Below are positions 1-12,010 of a DNA stretch of 64,000 bases, in pieces. The stretch comes from Eledone cirrhosa. Taxonomy: Eukaryota. Position 1 is the stretch's first letter. Each line of letters begins with the position of its first letter. Below the pieces are notes generated by a model. That model was not told where the DNA came from. It made no database searches and saw only the letters and a program-made list of their open reading frames with translations. The translations under genes were made by a program, and so were the position numbers. The DNA lies in NCBI GenBank assembly GCA_964016885.1, contig OZ024758.1, forward strand, positions 35,402,001-35,466,000. Direction: 5' to 3'.

Positions 1-340
1 TATCAACCCCAGTACATTACTGGTACTTTACTTTATCAACCCCAGTACGTTACTGGTACTTTACTTTATCAACCCCAGTACATTACTGGTACTTTACTTT
101 ATCAACCCCAGTACGTTACTGGTACTTTACTTTATCAACCCCCGTACATTACTGGTACTTTACTTTATCAACCCCAGTACGTTACTGATACTTTACTTTA
201 TCAAACCCAGTACATTACTGGTACTTTACTTTATCAACCCCCAGTACATTACTGGTACCTTACTTTATCAACCCAAGAACGTTACAGGTACTTTACTTCA
301 TCAACCCCAGTACGTTACTGGTACTTTACTTTATCAACCC
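1..340. repeat. 36-bp minisatellite (SINE-derived)
   Basis: Unit tatcaaccccagtac(a/g)ttactggtactttactt; truncated by the window start. Confidence 0.95.
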
Positions 341-586
341 TGTTAGGATGAAAGCCAGAGCTATAACTTCAGTAGGATTTGAACCCAGTTACGGCCCTTT
401 ACGTTCTGAGTTCAAATCCCATCAAGGTAAGCTTTGCCTTTCATCCTTACTGGGTTGATAAAATAAAGTACCAGTAACACACTGGGGTCAATCAACACCC
501 CTTCCCCAAATGTGTTGGCCTTGCATCTAAATCAGAAACCATTAAAATAATCTCTAAATATTATTAGTTAGAAATATTAGTTAATA

Positions 587-775
587 ATTGTTTCTACGTT
601 AGGCACAAGGCCAGCAATTACCCCAGTGAATTACTGCTACTTTATTTTATCGACCCCGTAAGGATGAAAGGCAAAGTTAACCTCGGTGGGATTTGAACTC
701 AGAATGGCAAGGGCCGTAACTCTATGCATCAAAGCATGGCGTCCGACCCTCCACTGATACTGCCAATCCACTGCC
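587..775 (-). mobile_element. tRNA-derived SINE, family A
   Basis: Reverse complement of tggcagtatcggtaga (A-box-like)...gagttcaaatccc (B box)...gcctttcatccttacggggtcgataaaataaagtaccag...gtagaaacaatta. Confidence 0.85.
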
Positions 776-779
776 ATTA

Positions 780-1735
780 ATATTATTATTGACTAATAAT
801 ATTAACTAATAATATTAACTAATAATATTAACTAATAATATTAACTAATTATATTAACTAATAATATTAACTAATAATATTAACTAATAATATTAACTAA
901 TTATATTAACTAATAATATTAACTAATTATATTAACTAATAATATTAACTAATAATATATACTAATTATATAACTCTATGCATCAAAGCATGGCGTCCGA
1001 CGCTCCACCGATACTGCCAATCCACCGAATAATATTAACTAATTCAAATCCCGCCGAGGTTAACTTTGCCTTTCATCCTTACGGGGTTGATAAAATAAAG
1101 TACCAGTAATACACTGGGGTAATTGCTGGCCTTGTGCCTAATGTAAAAATTATTTAAATTATTAGTGAATATTATTAGTTGATAATATTAGTTAATATTA
1201 TTAGTTAATATAATTAGTGAATGTTATTAGTTAATATTATTAGGTGATAATATTAGTTAATATTATTAGTTAATATAATTAGTCAATATAATTAGCTAAT
1301 GAGGTTAACTTTGCCTTTCATCCTTACGGGGTCGATAAAATAAAGTACCAGTAATGTACTGGGTAATTGCTGGCCTTGTGCCTAACGTAGAAACAATTAT
1401 TAGTTCATATAATTAGTTACTATTATTAGTAAATATAATTAGTCAATATAATTAGTAAATATAATTAGTCAATATAATTAGTCAATATAATTAGTCAATA
1501 TAATTAGTCAATATAATTAGTCAATATTATTAGTCAATACTATTAGTAAATATAATTAGTCAATATAATAAGTCAATATAATTAGTCAATATAATTAGTC
1601 AATATAATTAGTCAATATAATTAGTCAATATTATTACTCAATATAATTAGTCAATATAATTAGTCAATATAATTAGTCAATATTATTACTCAATATTATT
1701 AATAAATATAATTAGTCAATATAATTAGAAACAAT
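780..1735. repeat. 13-bp AT-rich minisatellite mixed with SINE-A fragments
   Basis: aatataattagtc units in both orientations; SINE fragments at ~970-1145 and ~1300-1400. Confidence 0.9.
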
Positions 1736-2116
1736 TATATTTTATCAACCCCAGAATGTTGGTTGTGTGGGTTTTTTATTTCTGTATGAAGTTCAGACAG
1801 ACAGCCATACAGACACATGATATGAGTGTGCAACATCGTAGCTATGTTTCTGTCAGTTGAAAGCAAGTCTTTGTATTAACTTTTAGAGAAAGTCACACCC
1901 AGTTAAATTACATGACCTTAGGTAAGTGTATGGGAGAGACAGGAGGAGAGATAGAGAGAGAGGGGGCGAGAGAGACCGAGAGAGGGAGATAGAGGGAGAG
2001 AAAGAGATGTGAGAGAGACAGAGAGAGAGGGAGAGAGAGAAAGTGGGAAGAATGGAGACTAAAAGTGGAAGAGGCAGAGAGATAGAAAGTAAAATGTAGT
2101 AGTAATTCTAATGTTG

Positions 2117-2151
<35 letters not shown>

Positions 2152-2290
2152 GAGGTTATATTTAATTTGTTGGGATTCAATAAGCTTAAAAATGTTTATA
2201 ACTGATATAAAGCACTCAACAGTTTGCCTTGGTTGCCTTGAAATATGTATAATAAAATAAATATGGTTTTATAAATATAGTTTCCATTTA

Positions 2291-2329
<39 letters not shown>

Positions 2330-2440
2330 AGGAAAAGAGTCAGGACCCCAACTGCTGATCTCTGGCCGGAGCTCAGCTGTTGGGTTCCTGGCTCTTTTCC
2401 TATTACCCACTCTTCTACCCTAAGTATTGAGTACTCTGAG

Positions 2441-2506
<66 letters not shown>

Positions 2507-3024
2507 CCAAAATTAAAATTAAGGGTTGTCATGTCTGAGAGACATGCACCATGCGTAGAATAAGCTGAAAGATTAGATCCGAGCATTATATATCAACTAG
2601 AAATAGATTGACATATATATATATATATAATAATAAATACATGAAACAATCACAGGGAATAATTTGTAAAGAATGTAGGCACACATAGCTAGGTAGGTAA
2701 CTAATTAAAGCTTGACTAGAACTTCAAATATAGATACCTTTTAAAATGATTAATCTCCTTTGTATATATTTCTTTAAGTAAGAAATATATTTCACCTATT
2801 AATCCGTAAATCACAGCAGTTAAATTCTTGGATGTTCACCAAATGAGAAGAAAAATAACCATCTGCGTTTACACAGCAAATGCAAATCTGCGAATGATAT
2901 GAACCACGTGTTGCATTTTTTTAAAAATACACTCGTTGAACAACGTCATCCCAGTGGCCTGAATAGGACCATCGACAGCCAGAAATAGCCAGAAATATAA
3001 ATATAAATATATATATATGTATAT

Positions 3025-3335
3025 ATAATATAAGATCAAAAGATGGTTAAAGGAGTTCCATGTATTTTATTATGCGCATTTCAAAAACAAACATCATCAT
3101 GCAATATTATTTGTGTTTTCATCAGATAAAACAGGAGAACATGATATGAAGGCTAAAAAAACACTTGTGGATAGTGCAGTTTTAAATTCGCATAATAAAA
3201 TACATGGAACTCCTTTAACCATCTTTTGATCTTATATTATGTATACTCCAGTCCTACAAACTGTAGAGTGCTTCTTATCCGATATCTGCATTGCTTTATT
3301 GTACTACAATAAAACTCACCTCCTACATTATATGT
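3025..3335. mobile_element. Fold-back insertion in (TA)n, probable Penelope-like LTR fragment
   Basis: Perfect 52-bp inverted repeats at 3025-3076 and 3189-3240; absent from the duplicate locus (~9420-9440); carries the hammerhead. Confidence 0.65.
3065..3131 (-). ncRNA. Minimal type I hammerhead ribozyme (Penelope-like)
   Basis: Minus strand: ttttat CTGATGA aaacacaaata...atgtttgttttt GAAA tgcgca TA^ ataaaa; 6-bp stem I, stem II with one mismatch, palindromic stem III. Confidence 0.75.
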
Positions 3336-3529
3336 ATATATATATATATATTCTCTTTTACTCTTTTAACGTGTTCCAGCGATCCAGTTGAGGCCATGCT
3401 GGGGCATGCCCTTGTTACACATTCTTTCTCCAACCTGTGTTGGTTGGCCATTCGGCAAAGAGGGGGTTCAATGTTGCTGCCCTTAGGTTACCTTCGAACC
3501 ATGCTGTGGGCTCATCCAGGATCCTGGTA

Positions 3530-3655
3530 ACAGGGTGTCGAGATGTTCCTTGAAAACATCCACGTCCACACCATGCAGATCTCTCAAATTCCTTGGCAGC
3601 TTGTTGAAGAGGTGAGGGCCTTTGAACCCCAGGTTATTGTAATACCTGCTCCTTA
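3530..3655 (-). mobile_element. LINE ORF2 C-terminal relic (CR1/L2-like); duplicate at ~9608-9735
   Basis: GPHLFNKLPRNLRDLHGVDVDVFKEHLDTLL resembles the LINE C-terminal (W/F)NxLP...FKxxL motif. Confidence 0.6.
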
Positions 3656-4254
3656 TTCTGTATATATTTATAAGTATATATCTATATATGTGTGTGTGTG
3701 TGTGTGGTAGGAAGTATGGTAAGGAACGAGGTGGACCATAACGCACCAGATCACGCGATACTTTGGTTAGTAGATATATATATATATGTGAGTGTGTGTT
3801 AAGCTATTCTATTAAATCTACCCCAGGATATCACTGGTACTATATTTTATCAACCCCTGAATTATGAAATCATTTCATTTTACGTCCCCTTTTCCCTGCT
3901 TGCAAGAGTGGGACAGGAACTGATTCTGGCTTGATTTCTACAGCTTGATGCCCTTCCTAAAACCAACCTCATTTACAGTGAGTGCTGGGTGATTTTTTGC
4001 CGTGGCACCTCTACGACTACTTTACAGTGGAATGATAGGGACTCCAGTCCCTATCATCTCATTTCTACAGCTGAGTAAACTGGAGCAATTTGAAATAAAG
4101 TGTCTTGCTCAAGGAAACAACACATTACCCGGTCTGAGAATTGAACTCACAACCTTTCGATAAAGAATAATACAATTATAGAGATTATAAAAGATTATAA
4201 AAGAATAATACGTATTATTCCTTTCGAATACAATAAAAGGCCTGCTGTTACAAC

Positions 4255-4717
4255 TTTGGTATTTATTGAGGATATTGTGAATCGTTTAACCCTTTAGCAT
4301 TTAAACCGGCCATATCCGGCCAGAAATCTCTCACTTTTTTCTGTTCAAACCGGCTGTAACTAGCCACTCATACTGACGTTAAGGTATTCTTCTGAAAATA
4401 AATACTATCAAAATCTCATAGATTCAATATTATGTGAGATAACTATATAAGATAAAGTGTTTACTGTGAAACTACAATAGTAAATATAGAGTAATGTAAG
4501 TGCTAAAGGGTTAAATAACTTAAATTTACAACTTCAAGGTAAAACTCAGCTCGTAAATGAAATGTATAACCATATTGTTGCCTTTGAAAAAAAGCTACAG
4601 TTGTGGGAACATCAACTTTGAAATAAAAATTATGTGCATTTTCCATCATTTCAAGGAGGGAAATCACAGGATTCAGAGGTATTTGTGAATATAATTCAAG
4701 ATTTGAGAAATGAATAG
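4255..4717 (+). pseudogene. hAT (Charlie/GTF2IRD2-like) transposase relic interrupted by a TTAA MITE; duplicate at ~10323-10785
   Basis: After removing the MITE it reads LVFIEDIVNRLNNLNLQLQGKTQLVNEMYNHIVAFEKKLQLWEHQL*NKNYVHFPS. Confidence 0.75.
4290..4510. mobile_element. piggyBac-type MITE, 221 bp
   Basis: TTAA|CCCTTTAGCA...TGCTAAAGGG|TTAA. Confidence 0.88.
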
Positions 4718-4849
4718 TATAGTCAACACTCGAGATAAAAATTTTAGCTTGTGTAATTTTCCATAATTATTCTTTTATGGCGTTCGTCCGGCCCGTGGAG
4801 GCAAAGAAGTTGGCAATCCCTGATCTACACCAATGTTTTCCTGTTACAG

Positions 4850-4987
4850 TGTGCAGTAGTGGAAGACTTGGTGCCAACTGTGATCAGGTGTGTCATTGTG
4901 AAGATAACAACAGGTGTAATGTGGAATTAGGGATCTGTTCAAGGGGTAGATGTGCTCCAGGTTATGAAGGAAACAGTTGTCAGAAAG
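4850..4987 (+). CDS. EGF-array exon 1 (laminin-type EGF module, MEGF/SCARF-like protein)
   Basis: ttacag|TG...AAAG|gttagt; 138 nt, phase 1-1; CSSGRLGANCDQVCHCEDNNRCNVELGICSRGRCAPGYEGNSCQK. Confidence 0.9.
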
Positions 4988-5024
4988 GTTAGTTATTTTC
5001 ATATCTCAGCTTTTATCTCTCACC

Positions 5025-5770
5025 AGTCCAGGTACTTTATTTTATCAACCCCAGTACGTTACTGGTACTTTATTTTATCAATCCCAGTACATTACTGGTA
5101 CTTTATTTTATCAACCCCAGTACATTACTGGTACTTTATTTTATCAACCCCAGTATGTTACTGGTACTTTACTTTATCAACCCAGTACGTTACTGGTACT
5201 TTATTTTATCAATCCCAGTACATTACTGGTACTTTATTTTATCAACCTCAGTACGTTACTGGTACTTTACTTTATCAACCCCAGTACATTACTGGTACTT
5301 TATTTTATCAACCCCAGTACGTTACTGGTACTTTACTTTATCAACCCCAGTACGTTACTGGTACTTTACTTTATCAACCCCAGTACATTACTGGTACTTT
5401 ACTTTATCAACCCCAGTACGTTACTAGTACTTTATTTTATCAACTGCAGTACATTACTGGTACTTTACTTTATCAACCCCAGTACGTTACTGGTACTTTA
5501 TTTTATCAAACCCAGTACATTACTGGTACTTTACTTTATCAACCCCAGTACATTACTGGTACTTTACTTTATCAACCCCAGTATGTTACTGGTACTTTAC
5601 TTGATCAACCCCAGTACATTACTGGTACTTTACTTTATCAACGCCAGTACATTACTGGTACTTTATTTTATCAACCCCAGTACATTACTGATACTTTACT
5701 TTATCAACCCCAGTACGTTACTGGTACTTTACTTTATCAACCCCAGTACGTTACTGGTACTTTATCAACC
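5025..5770. repeat. 36-bp minisatellite (~20 units)
   Basis: Same unit as 1-340; source of the spurious QPQYVTGTLLY ORFs. Confidence 0.95.
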
Positions 5771-6037
5771 CTGTTAGGATGAAAGCCAGAGCTATAACTT
5801 CAGTAGGATTTGAACCCAGTTACGGCCCTTTACGTTCTGAGTTCAAATCCCATCAAGGTAAGCTTTGCCTTTCATCCTGACTGGGTTGATAAAATAAAGT
5901 ACCAGTAACACACTGGGGTCAATCAACACCCCTTCCCCAAATGTGTTGGCCTTGCATCTAAATCAGAAACCATTAAAATAATCTCTAAATTTCTAGTCAA
6001 CAATCAATATTATTAGTTAGTAATATTAGTTAATAAT

Positions 6038-8130
6038 TGTTTCTACTTTAGGCACAAGGCCAGCAATTACCCCAGTGTATTACTGCTACTTTATTTTATC
6101 GACCCTGTAAGGATGAAAGGCAAAGTTAACCTCGGTGGGATTTGAACTCAGAATGGCAAGGGCCGTAAGTCTATGCATCAAAGCATGGCGTCCCACCCTC
6201 CAGTGATACTGCCAATCCACTGCCATTAATATTATTATTGACTAAAAATATTAACTAATAATATTAACTAATTATATTAACTAATAATATTAACTATTTA
6301 TATTGACTAATAATATTAACTAATAATATTAACTAATAATATTAACTAATTATATTAACTAATAACATTAACTAATTATATTAACTAATAATATTAACTA
6401 ATAATATTTACTAATTATATAACTCTATGCATCAAAGCATGGCGTCCGACGCTCCACCGATACTGCCAATCCACCGAATAATATTAACTAATTCAAATCC
6501 CGCCGAGGTTAACTTTGCCTTTCATCCTTACGGGGTTGATAAAATAAAGTACCAGTAATACACTGGAGTAATTGCTGGCCTTGTGCCTAACGTAGAAATT
6601 ATTTAAATTATTAGTGAATATTATTAGTGAATATTAATAGTTAATACTATCAGTGGATTGGCAGTATCAGTAGAGGGTCGGACGCCATGCTTTCCAGCAT
6701 AGTTACGTCCCTTTACGATCTGAGTTCAAATCCCGCCGAGGTTGACTTTGCCTTTCATCCTTACGGGGTCGATAAAATAAAGTACCAGTAATGCACTGGG
6801 TAATTGCTGGCCTTGTGCCTAAAGTAGAAACAATTATTAGTTAATATAATTAGTTGATAATATTAGTTAATATTATTAGTTAATATTATTAGTTGATAAT
6901 ATTAGTTCATATAATTAGTTTGGATTGGCAGTATCGGTAGAGGGTCTGACGCCATGCTTTGCAGCAAAGAGTTACGCCCCTTTATGGTTTGAGTTCAAAT
7001 CCCGCCGAGGTTAACTTTGCCTTTCATCCTTACGGGGTCGATAAAATAAAGTACCAGTAATGTACTGGATAATTGCTGGCCTTGTGCCAAAAGTAGAAAC
7101 AATTATTAGTTAATATAATTAGTTAATATTATTAGTTAATATTATTAGTTCATAATATTAGTTAATATTATTAGTTATTATAATTAGTGAATATTATTAG
7201 TTGATAATATTAGTTAATATTATTAGTTAATATAATTAGTTAATATTATTAGTTGATAATAATAGTTAACATTATTAGTTAATATAATTAGTTAATATTA
7301 TTAGTTAATATTATTAGTTGATAATATAAGGGCGGTGGATTGGCAGTATCGGTGGAGGGTCGGACGCCATGCTTTCCAGCACGTCCCTTTACGATCTGAG
7401 TTCAAATCCCGCCGAGGTTGACTTTGCCTTTCATCCTTACGGGGTCGATAAAATAAAGTACCAGTAATGAACTGGGTAATTGCTGGCTTTGTGCCTAAAG
7501 TAGAAACAATTATTAGTTGATATAATTAGTTAATATTATTAGTTAATATTATTAGTTAATATAATTAGTTAATATTATTAGTTGATAATATTAGTTAATA
7601 TTATTAGTTAACATTATTAGTTAATATTATTAGTTAATATTATTAGTCAACATAATTAGTTAATATTATTAGTCAATATAATTAGTTAATATAATTAGTG
7701 AATATTACTAGTTGATAATATTAGTTAATATAATTAGTTAATATAATTAGTCAATATAATTAGTTAATGAGGTTAACTTTGCCTTTCATCCTTACGGGGT
7801 CGATAAAATAAAGTACCAGTAATGTACTGGGTAATTGCTGGCCTTGTGCCTAACGTAGAAATTATTATTAGTTCATATAATTAGTTACTATTATTAGTAA
7901 ATATAATTAGTCAATATAATTAGTAAATATAATTAGTCAATATAATTAGTAAATATAATTAGTCAATATAATTAGTCAATATAATTAGTCAATATACTTA
8001 GTCAATATAATTAGTCAATATAATTAGTCAATATTATTAGTCAATATTATTAGTCAATATTATTAGTAAATATAATTAGTCAATATTATTAGTCAATATT
8101 ATTCGTAAATATAATTAGTCAATATAATTA
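6038..8130. repeat. Cluster of SINE-A copies (6038-6225 minus; ~6652, ~6920, ~7330, ~7768 plus) interleaved with the 13-bp minisatellite
   Basis: Repeated SINE body followed by (aatattattagtt)n. Confidence 0.88.
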
Positions 8131-8480
8131 GAAACAATTATATTTTATCAACCCCAGAATGTTGGTTGTGTGGGTTTTTTATTTCTGTATGAAGTTCAGA
8201 CAGTCAGCCATACAGACACATGATATGAGTGTGCAACATCGTAGCTATGTTTCTGTCAGTTGAAAGCAAGTCTTTGTATTAACTTTTAGAGAGAGTCACA
8301 CCCAGTTAAATTACATGACCTTAGGTAAGTGTATGGGAGAGACAGGAGGAGAGATAGAGAGAGAGAGGGGGGAGTGAGAGAGAAAGAGAGAGAGAGAAAG
8401 AGAGGGATATCGAGAGAGGGAGATAAAGAGATGTGAGAGACAGAGATAGAAAGTAAAATGTAGTAGTAATTCTAATGTTG

Positions 8481-8517
<37 letters not shown>

Positions 8518-8657
8518 GAGGTTATATTTAATTTGTTGGGATTTAATAAGCCTAAACATTTTTATAACTGATATAAAGCACTCAACAGTTTGCCTTGGTT
8601 GCCCTTGAAATATGTATAATAAAATAAATATGGTTTTATAAATATAGTTTCCATTTA

Positions 8658-8706
<49 letters not shown>

Positions 8707-8817
8707 AGGAAAAGAGTCAGGACCCCAACTGCTGATCTCTGGCCGGAGCTCAGCCGTTGGGTTCCTGGCTCTTTTTTTATTACCCACTCTTCTACCCTAA
8801 GTATTGAGTACTCTGAG

Positions 8818-8876
<59 letters not shown>

Positions 8877-8878
8877 CA

Positions 8879-8911
<33 letters not shown>

Positions 8912-10357
8912 CCAAAATTAAAATTAAGGGTTGTCATGTCTGAGAGACATGCGCCATGCGTAGAATAAGCTGAAAGATTAGATCCGAGCATTACATATCA
9001 ACTAGAAATAGATTGACATATATATATATATATATATATATAATAAATACATGAAACAATCACAGGGAATAATTTGTAAAGAATGTAGGCACACATAGCT
9101 AGGTAGGTAACTAATTAAAGCTTGACTAGAACTTCAAATATAGATACCTTTTAAAATGATTAATCTCCTTTGTATATATTTCTTTAAGTAAGAAATATAT
9201 TTCACCTATTAATCCGTAAATCACAGCAGTTAAATTCTTGGATGTTCACCAAATGAGAAGAAAAATAACCATCTGCGTTTACACAGCAAATGCATATCTG
9301 CGAATGATTTGAACCACGTGTTGCATTTTTTAAAAAATACACTCGTTGAACAACGTCATCTCAGTGGCCTGAATAGGACCATCGACAGCCAGAAATAGCC
9401 AGAAATATAAATATAAATATATATATATGTTTATATATACTCTTTTACTCTTTTAACGTGTTCCAGCAATCCAGTTGAGGCCATGCTGGGGCATGCCCTT
9501 GTTACACATTCTTTCTCCAACCTGGCCATTTGGCAAAGAGGGGGTTCGTTGTTGCTGCCCTTAGGTTACCTTCGAGCCATGCTGTGGGCTCATCCAGGAT
9601 CCTGGTAACAGGGTGTCGAGATGTTCCTTGAAAACATCCACGTCCACACCATGCAGATCTCTCAAATTCCTTGGCAGCTTGTTGAAGAGGTGAGGGCCTT
9701 TGAACCCCAGGTTATTGTAATACCTGCTCCTTATTCTGTATATATTTATAAGTATATATCTATATATGTGTGTGTGTGTGTGTGGTAGGAAGTATGGTAA
9801 GGAACGAGGTGGGCCATAACGCACCAGATCACGCGATACTTTGGTTAGTAGATATATATATATATGTGAGTGTGTGTTAAGCTATTCTATTAAATCTACC
9901 CCAGGATATCACTGGTACTATATTTTATCAACCCCTGAATTATGAAATCATTTCATTTTACGTCCCCTTTTCCCTGCTTGCAAAAGTGGGACAGGAACTG
10001 ATTCTGGCTTGATTTCTACAGCTTGATGCCCTTCCTAAAACCAACCTCATTTACAGTGAGTGCTGGGTGATTTTTTGCCGTGGCACCTCTACGACCACTT
10101 TACAGTGGAATGATAGGGACTCCAGTCATCTCATACAGCTGAGTAAACTGGAGCAATTTGAAATAAAGTGTCTTGCTCAAGGAAACAACACATTAACCGG
10201 TCGGAGAATTGAACTCACAACCTTTCGATAAAGAATAATACAATTATAGAGATTATAAAAGATTATAAAAGAATAATACGTATTATTCCTTTCGAATACA
10301 ATAAAAGGCCTGCTGTTACAACTTTGGTATTTATTGAGGATATTGTGACTCGTTTAA

Positions 10358-10578
10358 CCCTTTAGCATTTAAACCGGCCATATCCGGCCAGAAATCTCTC
10401 ACTTTTTTCTGTTCAAACCGGCTGTAACTAGCCACTCATACTGACGTTAAGGTATTCTTCTCAAAATAAATATTATCAAAATCTCATAGATTCAATATTA
10501 TGTGAGATAACTATATAAGATAAAGTGTTTACTGTGACATTACAATAGTAAATATAGAGTAATGTAAGTGCTAAAGGG
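10358..10578. mobile_element. piggyBac-type MITE (duplicated copy)
   Basis: Same TIRs and TTAA target duplication. Confidence 0.88.
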
Positions 10579-10916
10579 TTAAATAACTTAAATTTACAAC
10601 TTCAAGGTAAAACTCAGCTCGTAAATGAAATGTATAACCATATTGTTGCCTTTGAAAAAAAGCTACAGTTGTGGGAACATCAACTTTGAAATAAAAATTA
10701 TGTGCATTTTCCATCATTTCAAGGAGGGAAATCACAGGATTCAGAGGTATTTGTGAATATAATTCAAGATTTGAGAAATGAATAGTATAGTCAACACTCG
10801 AGATTAAATTTTAGCTTGTGTAATTTTCCATAATTATTCTTTTATGGCGTTCGTCCGGCCCGTGGAGGCAAAGAAGTTGGCAATCCCTGATCTACACCAA
10901 TGTTTTCCTGTTACAG

Positions 10917-11054
10917 TGTGCAGTAGTGGAAGACTTGGTGCCAACTGTGATCAGGTGTGTCATTGTGAAGATAACAACAGGTGTAATGTGGAATTAGGGA
11001 TCTGTTCAAGGGGTAGATGTGCTCCAGGTTATGAAGGAAACAGTTGTCAGAAAG
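10917..11054 (+). CDS. EGF-array exon 2 (duplicate of exon 1)
   Basis: Same sequence and splice sites as 4850-4987, offset 6067 bp. Confidence 0.85.
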
Positions 11055-11089
11055 GTTAGTTATTTTCATATCTCAGCTTTTATCTCTCA

Positions 11090-11314
11090 CCAGTCCAGGT
11101 ACTTTATTTTATCAACCCCAGTACATTACTGGTAGTTTACTTTATCAATCCCAGTACGTTACTGGTACTTTACTTTATCAACCCCAGTACGTTACTGGTA
11201 CTTTACTTTATCAACCCCAGTACATTACTGGTACTTTACTTTATCAACCCCAGTATGTTACTGGTACTTTACTTTATCAACCCAGTACGTTACTGGTACT
11301 TTACTTTATCAACC
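11090..11314. repeat. 36-bp minisatellite (~6 units)
   Basis: Same unit, directly after exon 2. Confidence 0.93.
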
Positions 11315-11499
11315 TTGTTAGGATGAAAGCCAGAGCTATAACTTCAGTAGGATTTGAACCCAGTTACGTCCCTTTACGATCTGAGTTCAAATCCCGCCGA
11401 GGTTGACTTTGCCTTTCATCCTTACGGGGTCGATAAAATAAAGTACCAGTAATGTACTGTGTAATTGCTGGCCTTGTGCCTTACGTAGAAACAATTATT

Positions 11500-11935
11500 A
11501 GTTCATATAATTAGTCAATATTATTAGTCAATATAATTAGTCAATATAATTAGTCAATATAATTAGTCAATATTATTAGTCAATATAATTAGTCAATATA
11601 ATTAGTCAATATTATTAGTCAATATAATTAGTCAATATAATTAGTCAATATTATTAGTCAATATAATTAGTCAATATAATTAGTCAATATTATTAGTCAA
11701 TATAATTAGTCAATATAATTAGTCAATATAATTAGTCAATATAATTAGTCAATATAATTAGTTAATATAATTAGTCTATATAATTAGTTAATATAATTAG
11801 TCAATATAATTAGTCAATATAATTAGTCTATATAATTAGTTAATATAATTAGTCTATATAATTAGTCAATATAATTAGTCAATATAATTAGTCAATATAA
11901 TTAGTTAATATAATTAGTTAATATTACTCATAAAT
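11500..11935. repeat. 13-bp minisatellite
   Basis: (aatataattagtc)n following a SINE-A tail. Confidence 0.93.
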
Positions 11936-12010
11936 ATTACTAGTAGAGTGGTAGTTATAATAGTTAGTATAATGAATGGTGTAGTGGTAGTTAGTAGAGC
12001 GGTAGAGTGG

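Larger units (their letters stand above)
1..11370 (+). repeat. Tandem segmental duplication, ~6.1 kb unit carrying one EGF exon
   Basis: 1-5770 and ~5430-11370 are colinear and nearly identical outside simple repeats (1730-4990 vs 8130-11060). Confidence 0.92.

Noticed and set aside
4952-5782. QPQYVTGTLLY repeat ORF
   Set aside because: Translation of an intronic SINE-derived 36-bp minisatellite
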